From positions 15,000,300-15,062,208 of the forward strand of contig JARFOE010000001.1 of the NCBI GenBank assembly GCA_031763465.1: a stretch of 61,909 nt of DNA. Direction: 5' to 3'. Source of the DNA: Squatina squatina (lineage: Eukaryota). Each line of letters starts with the position of its first letter. The first letter of the stretch is position 1. Of this stretch, positions 12,110 to 24,559 are shown one piece after another. The notes under the pieces were generated by a model. The model ran no database searches. It saw nothing but the letters and a program-made list of their open reading frames with translations, and was not told where the DNA came from. The position numbers were made by a program, and so were the translations under genes.

Positions 12110-12875
12110 GGATCAGGCCAAACCCAACCCGCCCACTTCCAGTTTTAACGGAAACTGGTTGGTGGGCGGGTGACCAACCAACCAGGCGGGTCCATAATTT
12201 AAATATTTTAATGAGGCTGCAGGCGTAAGATTTTTTTTCTCTGTTCTAGCTTTAACACTGGATAGCTAGGTTTCCCGGGCCTTAGAAAATCCAGCAGCTG
12301 AAGTGTGGCCTGGACTGCTGGATGGAACAGATGGCCTTTCCAGCACTGCTTGTGGGCTAGAAGAAGCAGGGGTGCTTCTGGCATGTTAACCTCCCCAGCG
12401 ATTGGACCCCACCCCCGGCTCCCCCGTGATTCAATGCCTTCCTGATGTCCTCCACAGCCTGCGATTTCCCCTCCTGTCCCTCCCTTCCCATGCCCTCCAC
12501 GGTACCCCTGCAATCTTCCCCGCGGACCCCCTGCGATCTCCTCCATGGTCCCCCTGCAATCTTCCCCACGGCCCCCCTGCGATCTCCTCCATGGCCCCCT
12601 GGGATCTTCCCCACGGCCCCTCTGCGATCTTCCCCGCGGCCCCCCTGCAATCTTCCCCACGGCCCCTCTGCGATCTTCCCCGCGGCCCCCCTGCAATCTT
12701 CCCCGCGGCCCCCCTGCGATCNNNNNNNNNNNNNNNNNNNNNNNNNNNNNNNNNNNNNNNNNNNNNNNNNNNNNNNNNNNNNNNNNNNNNNNNNNNNNNN
12801 NNNNNNNNNNNNNNNNNNNNNAAGTGTTGAAAAGCCAGACTTAACCAAAAATTTTTAAGAGCTGAATTTTGAGCC
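12110..12875. mobile_element. Non-autonomous Harbinger-like element(s) containing a minisatellite
   Basis: aacccaacccgcccacttccagttttaac is similar (reverse) to gttaaacccggaagtaggtgagttgg at about 54520, which belongs to the transposase-bearing copy. Terminal gaattttgagccc; interrupted by a gap. Confidence 0.55.
12508..12721 (+). repeat. 23-bp GC-rich minisatellite, at least 9 copies, running into a gap
   Basis: Unit CTGCRATCTTCCCCRCGGCCCCY starts at 12508, 12531, 12554, 12577, 12599, 12622, 12645, 12668, 12691 and 12714. Confidence 0.95.
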
Positions 12876-13192
12876 CACCCTATTCATGCATTAGCGCCAG
12901 AAACTCATGGCAATCAAATTGCGCGTCCTGTGTTTCTCCTCCACTTGGGTAAAGCTTAATGTTTGTTGATGGGCTATGTTCATATATGGCTTCCTTATGG
13001 GTGTACCTGTAGAAACATTGAAGTTGTTCGGATTGCAGTCAAATGACTACGTAAAGCAGAAAAGTATTAACGGCAGGTAGTAATTAAGAGAGGCTGTGCT
13101 CTAATAAAAATATGAATTTTAAATACCAGTACAGTAAGTTCATTTTCTACTCCTGCATTTGATTTTAGTGCACTGCACTTTTTTTTCCACAG

Positions 13193-13310
13193 ACAGGCAA
13201 ATGAGGAGTACCAGGTGCTGGCAAACTCGTGGAGGTATTCATCCGCATTTTCTAACAAGCTATTCTTCACTGTGGTGGACTACGATGAGGGAGCAGATGT
13301 ATTTCAACAG
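13193..13310 (+). CDS. TUSC3: TUSC3 exon 3 equivalent
   Basis: Polypyrimidine tract + cag|ACAGGC...CAACAG|gtatgg, 118 bp, phase-compatible with exon 2. Translates (R)[39 protein letters not shown]. Confidence 0.97.
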
Positions 13311-13597
13311 GTATGGATTTTGTTGTGTGTTGTAGTTATCAAACCATTTCTACATTATGACTTTAGAACAGCTATATTTCAAACCCAGATGCATTGCAGA
13401 TGTGAATAGCATCAAAAACAGATTTGTTAGATTGTTGAGAAAATTATACACCCAATTGAAAATAAGGTGAGACATTCCACTCACGGCTGTTTGTTTCNNN
13501 NNNNNNNNNNNNNNNNNNNNNNNNNNNNNNNNNNNNNNNNNNNNNNNNNNNNNNNNNNNNNNNNNNNNNNNNNNNNNNNNNNNNNNNNNNNNNNNNN

Positions 13598-13750
<153 letters not shown>

Positions 13751-14279
13751 TAATTACAGGTAATGGTGCTATTCCAAGCCTTGCTTGCATGGTTCGTGAT
13801 ATTGGGCTAAGTGCGAACATTAATTGTCACAGTTTTTATGTTTTTCTCTAGTATTTGACAGGCTGTTTGTGTGTCTGCCTCTCTGTGTGTCTCATTCTCT
13901 CTCTGTCTTTCGCATGCACTCACACATATATATTTGACCTATTTCTTTCCCCTGGTAGTGCCACAAGAACATCCCTCCTCCAGGCAGGAATGCATGTCAA
14001 TGGGAGCTACAGGTCTCTGCCTTTGATTGTTAACATCCCACATGTTTAGTCAGCAAGAATTTCAATTCAAACAATTTAAGTCTCTTTGTGACAGGCTCTC
14101 TTCATTTCAAAAGAACACCTTATCTCAGTGCTTTTATCAGCTGAACCCAACAAATTGTATTCAATCAAGGCTGAAGTGAGGTATCCTTGGGATTTGACCT
14201 AATGAATACCTGGTTGGAAATATTATATCGTGAATATTGAGTTACATCTTCATTGTTGGATTTCTTTTTTTATACATAT

Positions 14280-14681
14280 GGCCTGATTTTAACATGAAAT
14301 GGGAATCGGGCAGGGGCCAAAGCAAGCACTAAAACTCCCTGACCTCGGAAGAGTAGATGATTTTAACACCTGTGCCTCATCTGCATGCCACGGGTCAGTT
14401 GCCCGCTTGAGAAGAGGCAGCTGGCCAGCGGGCTGACTGAGTGTTGGGCAGCAGGAGGAATAGTCCCTGGCACTCGGGTAGTCATGGAGAGGGGAGTTTC
14501 AGGAGGGTCTTGTGATCGGGAAAGGGCCAGACAAGGTCTATACCTTTCTTGTGGGGTCCGGAGGAAAACTCCTGTTCTTCCTGGCCCCATAAGGAAAGCA
14601 ATACCTCTTTGGGCCCCATCTCCACTTCCTGCTATCTTCACCGAGCAGGAAAGACACAATGGTCTCTCAGGCTAGAGTTAA
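14280..14681. mobile_element. Harbinger-like MITE fragment
   Basis: Begins tggcctgattttaac, the GGSCxGAWTTT-type terminus repeated across the window. Internal cctgttcttcctggcccca resembles 12353-12372 in reverse. Confidence 0.55.
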
Positions 14682-15064
14682 NNNNNNNNNNNNNNNNNNN
14701 NNNNNNNNNNNNNNNNNNNNNNNNNNNNNNNNNNNNNNNNNNNNNNNNNNNNNNNNNNNNNNNNNNNNNNNNNNNNNNNNNAGAATCTTGGATCCCTAAT
14801 TTATCCATAATTAATTACAGTGAAAGGCCCACAATCAGTTATTTCTTCTTTATTCTTACCATTCCCATGAAAATTTAGTCATAGGTGATAGTTCTTATTT
14901 AATAAGATATACTGCAACACAGAAAACAACCGATGTAACTTCTAAGTTGTATGTTATGTTTAAAAGTACCAAAAGTAGATATAATTTCTATTAATTGTTA
15001 TTAATTATTTTCTAGGATTTTTGAACTCCAATTTTTGTAATACTTGAATTCGTTATTTCCGCAG

Positions 15065-15128
15065 AGCTACATCCATGGGAGCAGCCAAGCTCAATTTGTT
15101 GCGGAGTCGCACATCATACTTCTGCTAA
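15065..15128 (+). CDS. TUSC3: TUSC3 exon 7 equivalent
   Basis: gcag|AGCTAC...CTGCTAA|gtatccttt, 64 bp. Translates SYIHGSSQAQFVAESHIILLL(N). Confidence 0.96.
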
Positions 15129-15137
15129 GTATCCTTT
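15129..15137 (+). promoter_or_regulatory. U12-type (minor spliceosome) 5' splice site GTATCCTTT
   Basis: Exact RTATCCTTT consensus at the position where the TUSC3 reading frame and expected exon length require the donor. Confidence 0.9.
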
Positions 15138-16342
15138 GAAATATCGGTCATGAAGTAATAAGGTAACCTTGAAGCAAATGAAAAGTCCAAGTTCACATTT
15201 GCACTTGGAAAGAAAATGTAAGTTAGTTTGAAATGTGTGTCTGAACAGTAACTGAAAAAGACATTATGGGAGGTTTGACTAAAGAAAAGTTTGATTAAAA
15301 AGTGAAAAACCACCATCTGCAGTGAATTATTAAAGAGATTTTAAATTATTCCATTGATTGTCTCCTCTGCTTAACTTAGGCATTATATACTATAAATGGA
15401 GCTGTATGTGATTAGCTACACAGACTACATCTCAGTTTCCACTAAATTCATATTATTCAATTGTTTTCATCCCAGTGGAGGTTCCATTGACTACCTGTTC
15501 TGTCATTTTATACATTAAGGTTTCCTGCCTTTTGGCTCAGTGTGGATTCAGAAATCAGTTGGTAGTGAACTCAACTGGAACTGATTAAATTTTGAGTGAA
15601 ATGCTACCATTATTAAGAAAAAACAGTTCTCCAAACTGACAGTTTTGCAGATATTATATAGCAGAAATTACATTGTTTGAAATCTAACAAAAATCTAGTT
15701 TCAGATGGTTATATTTTTCAGCTATTTATTTTAATCTCTTGTATTTTGAAATATTTTTTGGCAACTGGTATAATAGATTTAATATATTTATACATCTACA
15801 TGTTAAATGTTTTTTCTCTTGTTGACTCCACAGTTTCAGTCTCCCTTTCTTCCTCATTTGCCCCTTACTGTCCCCATGATCTCATTCTGAGGGATAAATT
15901 GCCCTTTGTCATGCCTGTTTTTAGACAAAAAGTTTCCTTTAGGGAGACGATTTTGGGCTGCAATTTCTCATGCCCGATGTCCCCTGCAGGCAACTTTTAA
16001 AAGTCCTAGGCAGCCGCCTGAAAGGGGCATTAGGTGCTTTGAATTTGCAAATCAGTATCCCAATGTCTGTTTTCAGGACCCTGCATGAAATTCAATATCA
16101 GCTGGGAAAAGCATGCACTGACCATAAGAAATAGGAACAGAAGTAGGCCATTCGGTTCCTTGAACCTATATATCCACCAAATCATTTTTATTTAGCAAAG
16201 GAGAACAAGACTTAAGGGGCGTCCAATTGGTCCTCTAGCGCTNNNNNNNNNNNNNNNNNNNNNNNNNNNNNNNNNNNNNNNNNNNNNNNNNNNNNNNNNN
16301 NNNNNNNNNNNNNNNNNNNNNNNNNNNNNNNNNNNNNNNNNN

Positions 16343-16530
16343 ATTAACAACCTTATATACCTTTAAGATCACCTCTCCGGCTCCTTTTTAGGTTAAAAAG
16401 TCCAAGTATCTCCAAGCCTTCCTTAATAACGAGGTCAGCCTTGTGCTAGAGGCAGGGCAGGGAAGCACCACTTGAAGGTCTCCCTGGTTTCTTGGCGACC
16501 AGAACTGGACACAGTACCCAAGGTGGGTCT
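16343..16530 (-). mobile_element. CR1 LINE fragment at contig start
   Basis: Minus translation HLGYCVQFWSP (CR1 LEYCVQFWSP motif). Confidence 0.7.
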
Positions 16531-16957
16531 GACAGTTTTGATTATTACCTTTGATTTTGGAGACTGTAAATCTGTGCAGCAAACCCTCGTTACTATGACT
16601 CAATGCATAACTACAAAAGCAATTAAAGGGGATGTATATTTTAACGGCAGATTGTGGGCGGCACTCCGCACTCAGATGGACTATTCTACACCCAATGTCC
16701 ATTTGCACATTGACTCTAACCATTAACATGAAGCTGTAAAACAGAGCTGAAGGTGAAATAGATGGGAATAAGAAATTGATGTGCCAATGTGCCAGAAGAT
16801 GAAGAGGAAGAGAGAACATTAGAATCATGATCGTATCGATTAAAGAAAATAACTAACAATGTCAACTTATTAAAATCTTTCTACCAAGTTTCTCTGCACA
16901 GTTTCCTTTTTTAAAGTTCCTTAGTCGAGTTATTTGTGCAATGCAACATTAAATTAC

Positions 16958-17169
16958 CTTTCCAGTCCATGTTCGACCGGAAATTCCTTGTAAAAGTGCA
17001 TTCAATATAATTCCCAAGTGTGGTGGAACCAATGAGCCCGTATGCTGTTTGGCAATGGATGCCATAGCAGCAGCCCCTTGCGCTTTCATCTTCCACGATT
17101 GGGACTCCAGAGCCTTTTGCGTAATAGCGATCAATTCTTGCATGTACAGTCGAATTCCACCAAAACTAC
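16958..17169 (-). CDS. ECPAS: Single internal exon of ECPAS/ECM29 (proteasome adaptor and scaffold, HEAT-repeat region)
   Basis: Minus strand ttttgttgcag|GTAGTTTT...GGAAAG|gtaatt, 212 bp open frame (G)[70 protein letters not shown]. Closely matches the recalled C-terminal region of vertebrate ECM29. Confidence 0.9.
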
Positions 17170-18736
17170 CTGCAACAAAAGCACAAATTACCCACCAGTG
17201 CAAATAGAAAAATTGGTCGTCTAAAGGGCCCACTCAAGTGCAATTTTATACAATATTTAAAATTTCGTTCATCTGCTATAAAACACTGGTATTTTTTGGT
17301 AATCAGTTGCAGATTATTTCTTCGTAACCCACAGTAGTGGCACAGCAATCATTAATTATGTGTGTGATCACCATGCAGCTGGGATGCTGAGCACACTGAA
17401 GTTCATATTGTGAACTACCATTCAAAACCTGAAACAAAACAGCAGAAAAACTGCATAAAACTGAAAACATATATAGGGACATTCATAGGAAAAACATATA
17501 TAGGGAAAGATTTGGAACATCTGAACACCTGTTAGGTTGTTATATACTGTCCAGTATATATTGTACATAAGGATACTGTCTATTGTAGTCTGTATATCAG
17601 CTTCATTGCTAGTTGCTTACCATGGTGAACTTGGGTGTGTTTGATTTTATATTTTCATATTAAATAGATGTTCTTCAAAATGCTTATTAAGAGAGGAGTT
17701 ACTTTTAGGCGGGACTCGGTATAAGTTACCACACATTAATGATTAAATATGGAATGTATTCCATTTGCAATCTGTACAAATTATATTTTTGTAATCTATA
17801 GAAGCCATGTATCACCTCAATAACTTAAAATCTTATTTTACAAGATGGACAATCCATGTTGTTGTTGTGGTGAATTTCTTTCAAAAATGTGCTTGCTAGG
17901 AACAAGTTGATTTGTGACATGGAGTGGAATAGCACTAGGTGTTAATCAGCAGTCACAAAGGACATTAGGTACTACCTTAGGCTCTCGTGTTTGTTTCAGG
18001 TGTTGGTTTTGGGCTGTTATTCAGTGGTCGATATTTACTGCTTCCACGGGCAACAAACATAATGTAATTATTTTCTTGTGATAGGTTTACAAAAGTAAGA
18101 TATGATTTAAAAGACTATTTCGCAGGAAGTGTACTGCAAGTTACCGTGCATGTTAGATATTCAGAGTGTTAAGAAACCATCTCTCTCATGCTGCAGCAAT
18201 CACATGCTTTTAATGAAAAATGTTTACCCTGTGACCTCCATCTAGATCTCATTTTTTATTTCTGCGGCAAGAGGCTTCTGTTCCAGCAGAGTTGCATTGT
18301 CACCTTGGAGCATGTTGTCACAGTGCTCATGAACTCTGTTAATCATGGGTCAGGAACAGCCAAAGTTTTGTTTAGGTGCAGTCTTCTTGACTCAGTGAAA
18401 ACAGGATAAATGCAGTTGTCTTGTCACTGTCTTCTGATGGGAAATGTAATGCTATCTGATGCATGCATAAGCAGGCAGAATCAGTTTGGAAAATGGTAAA
18501 GTAAATGCTGTGAGATGGATTTTACCATCAAAATATTTAAATGGTCATTTAGAAATGCTTTTCCGTTATAGTGCTTTTGAATTCTAAGTTGAACATCTCC
18601 ATGCTGACTTGGACAATTCCAGGAAATTATTCTTTTCTCCCCAGACAATGAGACTTTTGACTCAGTTAGTTTTGCAGTAATTACATTATTGAGATTCTAG
18701 AAGCAGCTTTGTTACTTATAAAATCTTTAATATAAT

Positions 18737-19230
18737 GGGCCTGAAATTGCGATCTCCCCAGGTGGGAATGGTGTTCTCAGGCTGTTCAGCGTAAGCCCGC
18801 AGAACCGGCATTTGCTATCTGTCAAGATTCTTCTTGACAGATCCAACGCTTAGGCTGCATAACAAATTCCCAGCGCTGAGATTTGCGAGATTTTTGCAAA
18901 ACTTGCACTGGAAATCTGTTAAAGNNNNNNNNNNNNNNNNNNNNNNNNNNNNNNNNNNNNNNNNNNNNNNNNNNNNNNNNNNNNNNNNNNNNNNNNNNNN
19001 NNNNNNNNNNNNNNNNNNNNNNNNGAGCTGAAAAAACCTAAGAGTCAATAGTCCCATTAGTGCCGGTTTTGAACATAGGTTTTGTTTTGTGCTGCCAAGA
19101 AATGTTCTAAGATGCCAATGTCTTGACTTAAAGGGACAGCTCTATTGGGGCGCTAAAATTACACCTATTAGCCCCATATATAGCCACCAGCTACAAAAAT
19201 GCCAATTGGGCGCCCTGCTATTTCTGGTCT
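18737..19230. mobile_element. Harbinger-like MITE fragments flanking a gap
   Basis: taa|tgggcctgaaattgcg terminus; right side ends ctatttctggtc|tag. Confidence 0.5.
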
Positions 19231-20974
19231 AGTACAACTAATTTAAAAAAATGCTCTTCATAGAGCTGTGAAGACCTTTATTTTAAATGACGAATAGGAG
19301 CCTGTAATCATTGAAGTTGCACTCTTCTTTCATCATGGGATTATAGTAATCCTACATAATCATATCTGAGTAAGGACATCTAAGGTCTTTGTGAATGACT
19401 GGCATACATTTTTTGATATTCATTACCAAGCTATCAGCCTTTTATGGATCCTATTTGAGAGATTTATTATCTAAGCATAAGGTAGTCCAAAAACACTTTG
19501 ATACTGACTTTTCCTCCTGCAGGAGACACCATAGGGGACTAAAAAAACTAACTCAAGGAGCAAAGACGTTCTGTTATGAGTGTGTGATCACTAGCCTCAA
19601 TGCAAAACTCAAATTTCCATTACATGCAGCCAGTCACTGTTGTGACGTTGCAAGCAGTGGGATGTTAAGAGGGTTAACTGCTCATGACACAAAAGCATGT
19701 TGTACATCAAAAGATATGATATGAAGCAGAATGTTGTCGAATTCTCAAATGGTTCTCGATGCAGGAATTTCTCAGGCACGAGGATGCAATTGAATGGCTG
19801 TCATGAGCAAGACAAATGGTCAGGATTTTAGTGGGTGATTAATTATGGAACATATTTAGTAATCAAGAGGTGAAGTGTTGGGTGGTACTGCAGCCTGCAT
19901 GCCTGAGGTGATAGTTATTTTGATATTATTTGAATCAGTATAGAACTTGCACTAAACTAGTCAGAGATTCTTGCACAGGAACACTGTAAAAATGGATTGC
20001 TTGATTTTATTAAAAGTCTGGTGAATTAAGCACTATCATGAACTGCCCCTATTTACAAATTAGCTTACTTTCTAATAATTAAACACACATTTTGTTGTAT
20101 AAGAGGTAATATTGAAAAGCACTTCACATCACAGGCCTGCAGCAGGACAATAAATGTAAACGATGACTGATTTTCCTGTTGAATTTCTTTCCTTTAAGGA
20201 TATGAAGTACCACCTAATGTGATCAAACTAGTACCACCTGATAACATTGCAAAAGATTTGTCTGATTTATCTTCTTTGCTAAAACACAACACACCCTAGA
20301 TTTGAAAATATATCAAGCAGAATCAAAACAACAGTTAAAGTGCCTTTAGTGGGAGCACAATAAAAAGAAAGTTATTTGTGCAAATGAAAAATAATTGGAT
20401 TTAAAAATCACTTTTTCGTTCAAATATATCCACACATGATGTATAAGTGTCAATACAGCTGATCACATTTAAAGGAACAGTTAAGAAAAATTCTGTCACC
20501 AGTTATGGATTACAGGGTTACTTTGGTTATCTCTCTGCAGATTTTTAAATTTGCCTGTAAATGTATCCCAGAGAGATTTTGTGAGAAGATATGCTGCCAA
20601 TATTTAAATTGTAATCGTTATTTCTAGGAATTATATTTAAATTCTTGTTGAATTGGGAGCTGATTTTGTAAAGTGTAGAGGAGATTACAGGNNNNNNNNN
20701 NNNNNNNNNNNNNNNNNNNNNNNNNNNNNNNNNNNNNNNNNNNNNNNNNNNNNNNNNNNNNNNNNNNNNNNNNNNNNNNNNNNNNNNNNNNATTCACCCA
20801 CAGTCCCACATTATGCCTTCTCTCTATTACGGACCATCACAGTGTCCTCTTGGCCACAAGGCTACAATGAAAGCCACCACAAAACAAACATTCCAAACCA
20901 ACTTTATACACCAACCCATACAGCAATCCATCCAACATTACATAATAAGTCAACTAATAACCTTTGTGCATTCC

Positions 20975-21470
20975 CTTAGTACCTGTCTTGCGTGTGGCTT
21001 TGCCAGTCCTAGTGTTTCTATGCAGTGCTCCCTCAGTGGATGCAGCATGACTGGTGGAAGGTGGAATGCTGACTTACAGCGGGGGAGACTGCAGATGGCC
21101 TTGTAGGATGACCTCGAGCNNNNNNNNNNCTCGAGCAGCTCTGGGCCTAGCAAGTCTGGCTTTAGACTGCACAACCTTGGCATGGGCAACAGCAGTGTGG
21201 ACTAGCTGACTGACAGGCAATAGCAAAGACACTGGCAAAGTGGCAGTGGTGGGAGGACGAATGCTATTGTCATGAGAGAGGACAGCAGGTTTGTGCTCCA
21301 CAGAGCCACTGCCACTCCCCCGTGGCGGCACCTCAGAAATCCAAATTATCTGTTGGAGGACAGATTGCTGGGATCCTGTGACACCCTGCAAGCACCTTTC
21401 AACACTGGTAACCGCAGCCATGATGGCAGCAGTCTGTGCTTGCATGGCAATAAGCTAAGCTTGCATGACT
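20975..21470 (-). mobile_element. Harbinger ORF2 C-terminal coiled-coil-like fragment
   Basis: MQAQTAAIMAAVTSVERCLQGVTG... resembles the C-terminal part of Harbinger accessory (Myb) proteins; assigned from recall. Confidence 0.45.
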
Positions 21471-21600
21471 AAATGGGGTGCATGAACAGAGAGATCTGGG
21501 NNNNNNNNNNNNNNNNNNNNNNNNNNNNNNNNNNNNNNNNNNNNNNNNNNNNNNNNNNNNNNNNNNNNNNNNNNNNNNNNNNNNNNNNNNNNNNNNNNNN

Positions 21601-21726
21601 AGCACCACCTGCCCCACCTGCGGCCGTGTTTGCAGATCCCACATCGGACTTTTCAGCCACCTCAGAACCCACAACCCTGGAGTGGAAGCAAGTCACCCTC
21701 GCACCCGAGGGACTGCCTAAGAGAGA
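21601..21726 (+). mobile_element. RTE-clade LINE 3' end
   Basis: TCPTCGRVCRSHIGLFSHLRTH, the C-terminal C2H2-like motif of RTE/BovB-type ORFs, followed by gagggactgcctaagagaga tail. Confidence 0.85.
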
Positions 21727-22693
21727 TTTACTTGTTTATTTTTGCTTCACGACTCCTTGCCTTCAGTTAACAACAGTGGACAAGAATAAAATTTCAAAAT
21801 AATGTATAATACGAAGCAACTTTTTAATTGGCAAGGTAGCAAAATATAAAACTTGAAAGCTGATCCATCAACCAGCTGTATACCTTAGAAGTATTGCACA
21901 GACCTGAAAATACTGCGCCTTACGGCCAGTGCTTGTTCTGTTTTTTTTTAAACAATATCTCTTTTTTTTAATTGCACTCTTGGTTAAATTGAAGTGTCCA
22001 ATGTGGTTTGAGGACCTGACTATAATATCTTTTCAGTTTCTGTCAGAAACAAAGGTTTTAATTGAGAATATTGCCTGCTGTATGATGCAATGTTTTACTT
22101 TAAACATATTTGCAGAGCAATGAAACAATGCATTCCAATGTCTATTTTTAATGGTGAAGCTCACAGATATGACTACATTAGAATGGACTAAGACACATTA
22201 CTGTTGTTATTGATGAAGCTAGTTAGTGTGTGTGTGGATCTTTATTATGACAGTTTAGTGGAAATTGTATACTGCATCTAAACCTTACATACTTGATATG
22301 GAAACACTGGATACTGAAATCAGGAACAACATTACTCACCTTGATGAGCATAAAATCATTGTTCCCCTGCCAGACCCACCCTCCCCACCAACCTCAAAGA
22401 AATGTATTGTGTTTTGGATGGAAGGGCTGCAACACCTCCAAATTTGCAATGCTTTTTTTCCTCATACATTATAAATTTCCGTAACTCCGACTGAATTGGT
22501 GCCACATAAACTTCGAAACAGGTAGTTATAGCGACATTGGAGGTTACAAATGTCTTTGCCACCATCGCAGCACATTTGAAAAGCACTCTTTAACATTAAA
22601 TCTTCCACAGCATTGCAAATGCTGGTTAGTTGAAAATGGAGTAAAGCTGTCCAAGAAAACTAGCAGTGTTATTAGCAGGTGGCACTTGAATGA

Positions 22694-22852
<159 letters not shown>

Positions 22853-24189
22853 TAAGCATGGTCTAATCTTCTAATCTCAACCTACTGACTTTGAGACATA
22901 AGGTAGTTACAGTTAATGGTGAGTGAGTACAACACATATTAGTCATACTTGTTAAAGAAGCTGTCATTCCTCAACTATATCTAAGCAATTCTATTCAACA
23001 AAGCAACAGAATTCCAAATAGAAGATGACACCATGGAAATATGATTAACCCTTTGTAAACTGAGAGACCCTTGATACATTTCAAAACGTTTCTATCTGAA
23101 ATTCGTAGGGTTGTAAAATATTTTTAAATTTGGGGTGAAGGTGAACAAATTTTTTGCAGGTTGGAGATGAATTGTTGGAAAGCATTTTAGAGTAGATTTT
23201 GCTCTTGTGGCACTGGGACATAAAGGATCACTTGAGAGCCTCAAGATAGAGGGAAACCAGCCAGGGGGATTGTCCGTGTGTGCCNNNNNNNNNNCCTGTC
23301 CAATTTTCCATTTATTTAAATGAATGGACTGAAAATCAAGGGAGCTCCTTTAAATGGGGATAATGAATAATGATCTGGTAGGAACCGGGAACTTGGTGCT
23401 GACCTTGACTCTGTGGCGCTGCGTGCTGGTACTCCATTTTGCCCTAGTTTGTCCATTCTATCATCTCCATCTCCGTCCTTCACTACCTTTTCTCCGCCCC
23501 AACCAGGACAGAAAGATTTCAGGAAAACATTAACAAATCAGTATTCTCATTTCCCAGATGCTGAGTTGAGGTCCAGATGCTTCTGATCTTAAACAGAATT
23601 ATCTTAAATTGAGTGCAGTTAAACTGAGTGTTAAAGTTGGTCATTTGGAGAGTGGGAGTCTCTAGTCAGCACTTGAGTCTTGGTGTGTATCAGCTGTAAA
23701 AAGTGAAATTTAGTTTAACATTTTGAATTTAACTTTAAAAACTGCGAAAAAACAGCATGTTAGTGAGCAGGTAACAGAAATTGCCTTTCACTGGCAGTTA
23801 ACAGTTTGCAGTCAATCAGCTGTAAGCGATTGCCTGAATCGGGGGAAATTACCGTGAGCAGGAAGCTGATCAGCGCTTGTAACTTGGGTGTGGCCCAAAG
23901 GTGTAGAAAACAAAACCGTATCTGCTGACATACAAAAGTAGTCACACAGAGCACTTCATAAGCAGTGTGGAAAGTTGGGAATTTGGTGGGAGTGGGAATT
24001 CAGTGCACATGGAGAAGGAGATGCTGCTTTGTTCCTCCAATACTTATAGTTGCTCATGTTACAGGCAAATATTTAATTTAACCAACCTAGAACTTAAACT
24101 ACATCAAGTATTTAGATTAAAAATAAAAACTATAAGCTAGGTTGGTTAAATCCATGCAAAACGTGCGTTAACAGCCTAATGACGATTTT

Positions 24190-24559
24190 CTGTGGTAAGT
24201 GGTTTGCTTACCTTTTCGGGGCCCCTGATCCCAGGCGCTAAAGGAGTGTTGGACCGGGAACGCTCCAAGCACGGCGGTCAGCGGCAGTGGCTTCCCGTCC
24301 AACAATTCGGCCGCGTTGCCAGCCGGTAAGTTAAGCAGTCACAGCGCCCGTTTTTTTGGGTGCTGTCACCCGATGGGGAGTGATGTTTTAAGTTTTTTTT
24401 TAAAAATTTGCATTAACATTTTGTTTTAAATCATGATTTTTTTTGCTAAATGGGGTTGTAGTCATTGTTAGAAAGTGAAAAAGTACTTCACTTGCCTTAA
24501 AGAGTGGTTTTGCCTGCCCACTTTTGATTTTTAATAATGCGACTATTCAACCATGGGTG
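24190..24559. mobile_element. CpG-rich non-autonomous DNA transposon fragment
   Basis: CpG-rich block with cagcgcccgtttttttgggtgctg, similar in character to the other MITE fragments; ends at a gap. Confidence 0.4.

Noticed and set aside
12508-12721. Possible CRISPR-like array
   Set aside because: Units are head-to-tail with no unique spacers, the context is a vertebrate intron, and there are no cas genes.
12208-12858. Several overlapping 100-160 aa Gly/Arg- or Pro-rich ORFs
   Set aside because: They are translations of the stop-free 23-bp GC-rich minisatellite, not genes.
14121-14129. Second U12-like donor GTATCCTTG
   Set aside because: The upstream sequence does not encode TUSC3 exon 6 or any recognisable peptide; likely a chance match.
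21113-21136. CTCGAGC duplicated either side of a 10-N gap
   Set aside because: Typical contig-overlap scaffolding artefact, not a target-site duplication.
21601-21670. C2H2 zinc-finger gene exon (CPTC...H...H)
   Set aside because: The motif and the following tail match the 3' end of RTE-clade LINEs.
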